From the NCBI GenBank assembly GCA_018985225.1, contig JADGIF010000375.1, positions 1 to 9,768 on the forward strand: 9,768 nt of DNA, in the 5' to 3' direction. Positions 1-6,849 of this stretch are shown here, in pieces. Position 1 is the stretch's first letter. Each line of letters begins with the position of its first letter. A program made the translations under genes and the position numbers. The notes under the pieces were generated by a model that did no database searches, was not told where the DNA came from, and worked only from the letters and a program-made list of their open reading frames with translations. The DNA is from Amoeboradix gromovi X-113. Taxonomy: Eukaryota; Fungi; Sanchytriomycota.

Positions 1-268
1 TATCACTATTACTCTGTAAAAACTAGAATAGATAAGAGTAATGATGTTAGTATAACATTACAAAATGACTCTAGAAAGAGTACCGTCTAAGAAAATGCAC
101 CTTTTGCTCAGATGCTCAAAGACCTCATATCTAGTTTTATTTTGAAGAGGGGATTGAAAGTAATGAAAGAAAGTTGGTATAACAGAAGATCTTTTATTAA
201 TGATAGCATTTCCTCCGTATGGTGCACCATTAAAAACGAGTTAGTCTAGTTTTTATATTTGGTGTCCC
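1..268 (+). mobile_element. MITE copy 1 (right part; left end lies outside the window)
   Basis: Ends in the right TIR AGTTAGTCTAGTTTTTATATTTGGTGTCCC (239-268). Positions ~76-268 align closely with ~2381-2595 and, in reverse complement, with 9591-9768. Confidence 0.9.
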
Positions 269-321
269 ATCTCTCTTATTGGTTCAAGTAGGTTTTCTTT
301 CCCAAAAAACAAGAAACATAA

Positions 322-413
322 GGGACATCAAATATAAAGACTAGACTAACTTTCTGAAGTAGCTTAAATCATTATTTCAAACGACTTGGTCTAGTTTTTA
401 TATTTGGTGTCCC
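322..413 (+). mobile_element. MITE copy 2, 92-bp internally deleted derivative with both TIRs
   Basis: Left TIR GGGACATCAAATATAAAGACTAGACTAACT (322-351), then ~28 bp similar to 2070-2097, joined directly to the right end AACGACTTGGTCTAGTTTTTATATTTGGTGTCCC (ends 413). Confidence 0.88.
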
Positions 414-486
414 AAAAGATTAAAACACTTGATTATCTATTCGAGTCCTTCATTTAATCGGTATTGGTGGAATGAAATGCTATTTA

Positions 487-1986
487 TTATACTTTAACCA
501 TTTTAGTTGTATTCATATTTCTGGCCTCATCTAAGTCAGTACTATGTTTCGACAAATAAGCGGAGACAACCCCCAAATACTCATCAACTTGCTCTACTGA
601 TCTACCAATAAACTTAACAGGATTTAACAAGGACTTTATTTCTACTGCATCAAAAAAATTATCTTCCATAATTAATTCCAATAAGTTATTCTTCTCCCCG
701 TTTTTAACACTGGAACCAGCTATTTGAGATAGGGCTCTAATCTTCTCATGCGACTCTTGTCTCGAAATACCTTTGGAAGATAAGGCCATTATAATCTCTT
801 CCGTTGCCATGAATGGTAGTTCTCTAGCAACATTCGCAGCAATGACGGCCGGATACACGACAAGTCCTGAGGAAATGTTCAATAATACAGATAATAATGT
901 ATCTGTACACAAAAAAGCCTCAGGAAGTGTAATTCTACGAATAGCACTATCGTCTAGACTGCGTTCTAGCCATTGAACGCTCTGCGTTTGAGCTGCATTA
1001 ATTGATAAAGAAATCAAATGTCTAGCAATGCTACATGCACGCTCAGATCTCATTGGATTGCGTTTGTATGCCATTGCAGAACTACCGATTTGTGTGGACT
1101 CAAACGGTTCTTCTATTTCTTTCATGCCTGCTAGCAATCTGATATCAGTACACATCTTATGAACTGAAGTTCCAAATGACATCAAAGTATTTAGCACATC
1201 CACGTCTAATTTTCGGCTGTACGTTTGTCCAGTTACGTCATATCTTTTATGGAAGTTAAAATATCTTGTTACCATATCATCTAGGTTCTTTACTTTCTCA
1301 TGATCACCATCGAAAAGTGACAAAAAAGAAGCTTGAGTACCAGTAGTTCCTTTAACTCCCCTAAACTTAAGATTGCCTAAAATATATTCTACGTTTTCCA
1401 AGTCTGTCATCAAATCCTGAATCCATAACGTAGCTCTTTTACCGACTGTAGTCAACTGAGCTGGCTGAAAGTGAGTAAAGCCTAGGGTAGGTAGAGACTT
1501 GTATGTGTTTGCAAAGACTGACAACTGGTCAATAGCGCCAACCAGTTTTGTTTTAATTAAATTTAGAGCTTCACGAATAACAATGATATCTCCATTATCA
1601 GTGACAAAGCAGCTTGTGGCACCTAAGTGAAGAACACCTTTCACATCTGGACACGCGTCACCCAGGCTATGAACATTAGCCATGACATCGTGTCGGAACA
1701 CTTGCTCATATTTTTTTGCGGCTTCAAAATCAATAACTAATGTTTTTTCCAAAGCGATTACATCCTTCAAGGATTCTGTAGGAGTTTCAAGCTTCAACAG
1801 AGTCTTAAGGGCATCTAACTGTTCATTTTTAATTTGGCTCAATCCCAGTTGTTTTTGACAGAGCATTAAAGAATACCACAACTTACGCCATGTACAAATC
1901 CGATGGTGTGGGCTAAACAGGTAGCACATCTCTTCGGATGCATATCTCGATGTTAATGGAGTTGTGTAAGTAAAATTATCAGACAT
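487..1986 (-). CDS. ADE13: Adenylosuccinate lyase (eukaryotic ADSL/Ade13 type), 499 aa, apparently intronless
   Basis: N-terminal YTTPLTSRYAS, RHDVMA, HLGATSCFVTDN, TLGFTHFQPAQLTTVGKR, GVKGTTGTQASF and the fumarase/ASL superfamily signature GSSAMAYKRNPMRSER; ATG to TAA. Confidence 0.97.
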   Translation of the reverse strand: MSDNFTYTTPLTSRYASEEMCYLFSPHHRICTWRKLWYSLMLCQKQLGLSQIKNEQLDALKTLLKLETPTESLKDVIALEKTLVIDFEAAKKYEQVFRHDVMANVHSLGDACPDVKGVLHLGATSCFVTDNGDIIVIREALNLIKTKLVGAIDQLSVFANTYKSLPTLGFTHFQPAQLTTVGKRATLWIQDLMTDLENVEYILGNLKFRGVKGTTGTQASFLSLFDGDHEKVKNLDDMVTRYFNFHKRYDVTGQTYSRKLDVDVLNTLMSFGTSVHKMCTDIRLLAGMKEIEEPFESTQIGSSAMAYKRNPMRSERACSIARHLISLSINAAQTQSVQWLERSLDDSAIRRITLPEAFLCTDTLLSVLLNISSGLVVYPAVIAANVARELPFMATEEIIMALSSKGISRQESHEKIRALSQIAGSSVKNGEKNNLLELIMEDNFFDAVEIKSLLNPVKFIGRSVEQVDEYLGVVSAYLSKHSTDLDEARNMNTTKMVKV

Positions 1987-2039
1987 TATCTCCTAGTTAG
2001 GTAATTCAAATTTTAAATGCAGACAAAACTTTTACAACT

Positions 2040-2595
2040 GAGACATCAAATATAAAAACTGGACTAACTTTCTGCAACAACTTGGAACATTATTTCAGCT
2101 TTATTAATTTATGGATTTAAGAGGCGAGTGGACATTCAGCTAGTTGACGAGTATAAGAGGAAAATAAGTAACTTTTTGTATCGAAATTTCAAAAATAAAT
2201 ATTCTGTACAGCTCTTCTCTTACTCTGTCATCCAATCTTATTTCAAATAAACCTCTGATTCATAGTACTAAGTTGTTGGATCAGTTAAAACGAAATTGAA
2301 ATTCAGCAAGACGAGAGTCAGGGAGACTGTACATAGATTACACTTCAAAGAAATGCAGTGACTGTGAGAATGAAATAGATAAGAGTACCGTTTAAGAAAA
2401 TGCACCTTTTGCTTAGATGCTCAAAGACCTCACATATTTGAACGAGATGCATGGTCTTCTAGTTTTATTTTGAAGAGGGGACTGAAAGCAATGAAAGAAA
2501 ATTGGTATAATAGAAGAAGAACTTTTATTAGTATTCCTCCTTATGGGGCACCTCCTCTAAAAACGAGTTAGTCTAGTTTTTATATTCGGTGTCCC
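2040..2595 (+). mobile_element. MITE copy 3, 556 bp with both TIRs and no coding capacity
   Basis: Left TIR GAGACATCAAATATAAAAACTGGACTAACT (2040-2069) and right TIR AGTTAGTCTAGTTTTTATATTCGGTGTCCC (2566-2595); no long ORF; lies between the divergent ADE13 and CIB starts. Confidence 0.9.
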
Positions 2596-2675
2596 ATTTG
2601 GATTGTAATGAAAACGGCAACACAGGTTGATCTTAATATTTATACGTCGTAGCCTCTCAAACATCAAACTTTTCG

Positions 2676-3229
2676 ATGGGAGGTCGTTTTTCACGATTAC
2701 GGGATCAGGAATTTGTTTGGTTTGAAGAAAACACTTACTTTGCGCGGGTTGAGATAATCAAACTCCACACAATTTTTTCTAATCTTACTAAAACTACAAT
2801 GCTTATGTCTAAAGATCAATTTTTGGGCTTACCGGAAATTAAAAACAACCCCTTCAAATTCAGAATATTTGATGTGTTTTGCGAAAACCATGAACATGTA
2901 AATTTTAAGGAATTTGTACACTTTCTCAGTGTGTTCTCTGATGAAGCCAGTCTAGAAATAAAATCCTATTTTGCTTTTCTTATATATGATGCTAATGAAG
3001 ATGATTATTTAGATAACGATGACCTTACGTTTATACTAGAGAGTATAGCTGGCTCTGAATTAACATTTAAAGAAATTAAAGTTTGCATTAACGCAATTCT
3101 TTCTGAAGCAGATGTTGACGGTGATGGCAGACTGTCCTATGTCGAGTTTGAGCATGTTATTCAGAGATCGCCTAACTTTAGAAAGTAGTCTAATACTAAT
3201 GTAGCACATTTACAATCCGACTGGTGTAA
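2676..3229 (+). CDS. CIB (calcium- and integrin-binding) family EF-hand protein; exons 2676-3184 + 3205-3229, 177 aa
   Basis: MGGRFS myristoylation consensus (MGxxxS), NPFKFRIFDVF, and EF-hands YDANEDDYLDNDDL and ADVDGDGRLSYVEF. Splicing out 3185-3204 gives the C-terminus SPNFRNTFTIRLV*, which fits the CIB tail pattern (xPDFxxxFxIrl). Confidence 0.87.
3185..3204 (+). other. 20-nt spliceosomal intron (CIB gene, phase 2)
   Basis: GTAGTCTAATACTAATGTAG: GT..AG ends, CTAAT branch motif and an in-frame TAG; removal restores the conserved CIB C-terminus. Confidence 0.87.
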
Positions 3230-3243
3230 CATTAGTAAACGAT

Positions 3244-3940
3244 TTAATTTATTCTTTGGAACGATTTATAATTGTCATACAGTCCATCTATAAAATCTTT
3301 ATCCTATGTTAAAATTAGGTACCCTTAATATGCGACCCAGTTCAAGCTCAAAGGCAATCCTATCCAATGGCTTGTAGGCCTGTGACATGTAATCAAGTAT
3401 ATCGTTCTTCACTACGGCCTCAACTTTAGCAGACTCTGAATTGGTTTTACTAGAATTAGATTTTTTTGCCTTCAGTAACATGTCCATTAAAATATTGCTG
3501 TTGTCAGATCTCTCTTCAAAACCAGGTGGACGGCTTATTTCAGGAGATGGAGGACTTGCGGCCTGTATAATCCCTTTTTTTATAAAGTCATACATGGTTT
3601 CCCTTTCAATGGAATCATGAATCCATATTCCAAATATCTTGTCTTCTGATTGCAACATTATATATGGTTCTTTGAAAGTAACTACGCAATTCAATAACTC
3701 GATTTCAAAATTACTGAGATCCAGTCTATTCAGTATAAATAATCCAGAATATGATTTTTCAGTTTTTCTGTAAATAAATATTGGCCCTTCACAGTTTAAC
3801 TTGGTCCATTGGTTTGACTCACGGTTGAATTCATACAACACAGCATGTGAAGCCGTATTGACTATGGTCGTAATCAAATTGTTTAATCTTTTTAATACTC
3901 TTAAATTGATTTGATATCTCAGGTTAGGATGAATCCCCAT
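3244..3940 (-). CDS. DCP1: mRNA decapping activator Dcp1; exons 3940-3323 + 3303-3244, 225 aa
   Basis: EVH1/DCP1 domain (INLRVLKR...ASHAVLYEFN...WTKLNCEGPIFIY...FILNRL...IFGIWIH). ATG at 3940 sits just before the domain. After splicing, LDRIAFELELGRILRDKDFIDGLYDNY resembles the Dcp1 C-terminal trimerisation helix. Confidence 0.9.
3304..3322 (-). other. 19-nt spliceosomal intron (DCP1, phase 0)
   Basis: Minus strand GTACCTAATTTTAACATAG: GTA donor and TTAAC-A-TAG 3' end; removal restores the DxxFIxxLYxxY C-terminal motif. Confidence 0.85.
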
Positions 3941-5068
3941 ATGTTTCAAAATTACAGTAATAAATGGCATATCAAATGGCATTTTGACCTTATCAATATT
4001 CAAACTATTTGCAAATACCTCAATAAAGTCAAACTGCAAGAAACCTGAGTGGCAAGAAATGAAATTTGATCCGACGATTACTTAGGGGCCCCACCCCATT
4101 ATGTGCATCAATCAAGACCCTTATTCAATGTAATGTGGTCCGTTTCTCATTGCGTCTCTCAAATGGCACACTCACCAAAATTGGCCTCAATTGTGACCAG
4201 TTGTCACTCACTGTATGATTGATATAGGCAATCGAAACCTTTCGTTTAATCATATTTGAGTAGCACTATCATGGCTAACGGACATAGCTCTTATCTTATT
4301 GATTAGGCGAAAGATTGATATGATCATCATGGGCAAATTACATACAGGTAAGATATTTTGGGCCCATTTTCGCGAAGTAAAATGTCACATAGTACTAGAT
4401 TTTCTTTACGAGGAATGAGAAAATGAAAGAGACACTGAGTTATGAGATATCAAATATCCCATCAACATGTTCTTAAAGCAATATTTTACTAGTCTTGTTA
4501 GACCATTCGTTAACCGTGTAATCGTCATTAACACCAATAAAATCAATTATTTTATAGCCTAATGTAGTTAGGAACCCAACTTAAAGTTCTTGGCTAAGAA
4601 TATGAAATAAGATGATAGCGTGAAAAGAAAACAAGATATTGCAAAATCAGAGAATACGATAAAGCGGTTTATCCTAGTGATTGAAACCATAGTTACAACA
4701 GCAAGGCTATTTTACTATTGCATATATAAAAATACTTTATGCTCCTAGTGGAAAGACACTAGCTTCACTTGTTCCTATGTTAAGAAATAAAGAACAGGTA
4801 TTAGCAGTAGCTTCTTGTAGCCCAGATCACACTCGATAAAGACTGGAAGACTGGACATTTCTGCTTGAGAATATCTTCTTTTTTGAGACATTTTTTAAAA
4901 ATTTTTCTGGTTTTGCTGAGTGTCCCAGAGTAACCGTTCCATGCTAAACACCGTAGTATCAATGTAAAAATATTCTTACGAAATAACCAAATCTAAATCA
5001 CCCAAAGTTGTCAATTTCGAAAGAAACAAAATGCAGTCATGGTTTGGGTAAAAATTCTCAAACATTTA

Positions 5069-5479
5069 ATGTCGATATTTCTACTAGACATCAATGGGTT
5101 GATTGTACATGTGAGCGTAGCTGGAGATCTTTTTTTCATCCCTTATGCATTTGAGATGATTATTTGCAAAGAGTTTTGCAAGGTTGTTGATAACTTAGTA
5201 AAGATTACAATAACAAAAAAACCGTATAAATTGAGCAACAAGCTCTTGGTATACAAAAGGGGTGTAAAATGTAATGTATCTATGTTTAAGCTAAAAGTAG
5301 TTATAGAAGACTTAGTGCCAAAAGAAATAGGTAAAGAATGCTTTTTCCAAGTAGGAGATGAATTCCCCGTTCATTCTCAACAATCACTTAAAAAAGAAGA
5401 ATTTATTGAAAATAATACAAATATAGTACCGAAGAGCTGGTGGAAACATGCTTGGACTATGATCACATCTCCACTGTAA
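5069..5479 (+). CDS. Hypothetical protein (136 aa from ATG 5069, or 146 aa from ATG 5039); no recognised domain
   Basis: Open frame of >400 nt in AT-rich DNA ending in tandem stops TAA TAG. ATG 5069 is preceded by the same TCAAACAT motif seen before the CIB and Sgf11 starts. Confidence 0.5.
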   Translation: MSIFLLDINGLIVHVSVAGDLFFIPYAFEMIICKEFCKVVDNLVKITITKKPYKLSNKLLVYKRGVKCNVSMFKLKVVIEDLVPKEIGKECFFQVGDEFPVHSQQSLKKEEFIENNTNIVPKSWWKHAWTMITSPL

Positions 5480-5495
5480 TAGCTTTTAGTTAGGG

Positions 5496-5538
5496 ATCTA
5501 ATTCAATAAATAATTTATTGTGATTACAGTAGTCCAGT
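5496..5538 (+). repeat. 43-bp direct repeat, copy A
   Basis: ATCTAATTCAATAAATAATTTATTGTGATTACAGTAGTCCAGT; 41/43 identical to 6654-6696. Confidence 0.9.
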
Positions 5539-5842
5539 CGTTCAAATGGAACATCTTATAAGATATTTTTGATTGAATATATAAGACGTTCTCCTTTTAT
5601 CATCTATTATATAAGGCTCCAAAGCATCCGATAGCGGTCATATGGCAGCAAGGAAGTTATGGTTTGAATATGAGCATCACTATCTCATTCCGCCTTAGAG
5701 TAGCAGAATTTTAGTAGTGACCGTAGTGGATCGATAGGCTCTGTCAGTTTCTCATTTGAAATCTTTTATTTTCTCGAAAATTAGGACCTTGTTGTAGGAG
5801 AGACTAAATAAAATATTCAAAAATCTTCAAACATCACTTGAG

Positions 5843-6133
5843 ATGGCGCTTTCAATGAATGAGCAAAACATGTATGATTCAATTTTGGAATCTATAATAT
5901 TAGATATAGTACATAATTTAATGAAAGAAATACATCGTAAATGTGGAAAATGTGGAACTAGTTGTCATGTTCACCATTTTGCAGCTGACAATGAGCGGTA
6001 CATGTGTCCTATATGCTCGAAAACTTTCGTATGCTCACGATTTGCGCAGCATTTAGAGAAATGCATGGGGTTAAAAGACACTAAGCCCCGAAAAAAAAAG
6101 TCAGATTCCCCAAGTAAATCAATAAATACTTGA
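5843..6133 (+). CDS. SGF11: SAGA deubiquitination-module subunit Sgf11 (ATXN7L3-like), 96 aa
   Basis: N-terminal helix (MYDSILESIILDIV), Sgf11 zinc finger CPICSKTFVCSRFAQHLEKCMG, basic tail. Confidence 0.87.
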   Translation: MALSMNEQNMYDSILESIILDIVHNLMKEIHRKCGKCGTSCHVHHFAADNERYMCPICSKTFVCSRFAQHLEKCMGLKDTKPRKKKSDSPSKSINT

Positions 6134-6192
6134 GGTTTTTAAGAAACTTCATGCTTCAGCGCTACAGATCGGAAAAGAGTGGTTATTAACTA

Positions 6193-6624
6193 TTAGTGTT
6201 TATTCAACTCCAAAAAAACATCTTTTAATATCTGCTTATCGGTATCGTAAGTCAGCTTGTCAACAGCAAATTGAAACTCAGCCCAGGTACACTCCAGTAT
6301 TTCAGACTGCTGTGTTTTAAGATGAGAAACATTATCTACAAGCCCAACATAAAATACATTAGTTTTGTCTACAGTTATTCCATTTCTTTCAAATTGGTAA
6401 TTATTTTCAAATGTCTTGCTATCAAGCAGCCACTCTTTTACAGTCAGGTTCACTTCTTCCAGCAACTCTCTTGATGCCGTATCCAAATGTGTTTTATCAT
6501 ACTTCTCAATATGGCCCTTGCAAAAAGTCCAATGATTACCGCTAGATTGTTTAATTAGCAATACTTTGTAATTGCCTGCACTTCTGATCAGCGCAACTAC
6601 CCCAATTGATACTTCTTTTCGCAT
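6193..6624 (-). CDS. Nudix hydrolase, asymmetrical Ap4A hydrolase-like (bis(5'-nucleosyl)-tetraphosphatase), 143 aa
   Basis: SIGVV...VLLIK...HWTFCKGHIE...ASRELLEEVNL Nudix box; Y-x-F and K-T-x-x-F/Y segments, and the EI...W...A...LTY C-terminal pattern typical of Ap4A hydrolases. Confidence 0.85.
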   Translation of the reverse strand: MRKEVSIGVVALIRSAGNYKVLLIKQSSGNHWTFCKGHIEKYDKTHLDTASRELLEEVNLTVKEWLLDSKTFENNYQFERNGITVDKTNVFYVGLVDNVSHLKTQQSEILECTWAEFQFAVDKLTYDTDKQILKDVFLELNKH

Positions 6625-6653
6625 TTTTGTAGTCAGAAGGGGACCGTAGTTGA

Positions 6654-6696
6654 ATCTAATTTAATAAATAATTTATCGTGATTACAGTAGTCCAGT
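6654..6696 (+). repeat. 43-bp direct repeat, copy B
   Basis: ATCTAATTTAATAAATAATTTATCGTGATTACAGTAGTCCAGT; 41/43 identical to 5496-5538. Confidence 0.9.
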
Positions 6697-6849
6697 GGTA
6701 TTTGCCTTTAAGTTGCAACGCGTGCCCCAAATAAACACTTATAGTTTTAAGCTAGGATTCAATAGAATAAAGTTAATGTTGAATTACGTAACTAGAGTGC
6801 TCCAACTCACGCAACCTCATTCATTTTCCAAACTTTGTTGCATTGCTCT

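Noticed and set aside
239-413. CRISPR-like array from the ~30-bp repeats
   Set aside because: The repeats alternate in orientation and are TIRs of dispersed elements; the context is eukaryotic and there are no cas genes.
773-976. 67-aa plus-strand ORF
   Set aside because: Antisense shadow inside ADE13; non-ATG start; no motif.
1737-1761. 25-nt GTAATC...ATTAG intron-like string in ADE13 (minus strand)
   Set aside because: Removal would frameshift an intact conserved ORF, and there is no branch motif.
3941-4039. N-terminal extension of DCP1 in the ORF track
   Set aside because: Starts at TTG. The conserved domain begins right after ATG 3940, which has a start-proximal motif. Upstream in-frame ATGs exist, but the extension is unsupported.
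6114-6134. Possible 21-nt intron near the SGF11 3' end (GTAAATC...TTGAG)
   Set aside because: It lacks the YTAAYNTAG 3' consensus, and removal adds no conserved sequence.
6271-6474. 67-aa plus-strand ORF
   Set aside because: Antisense to the Nudix gene; TTG start.
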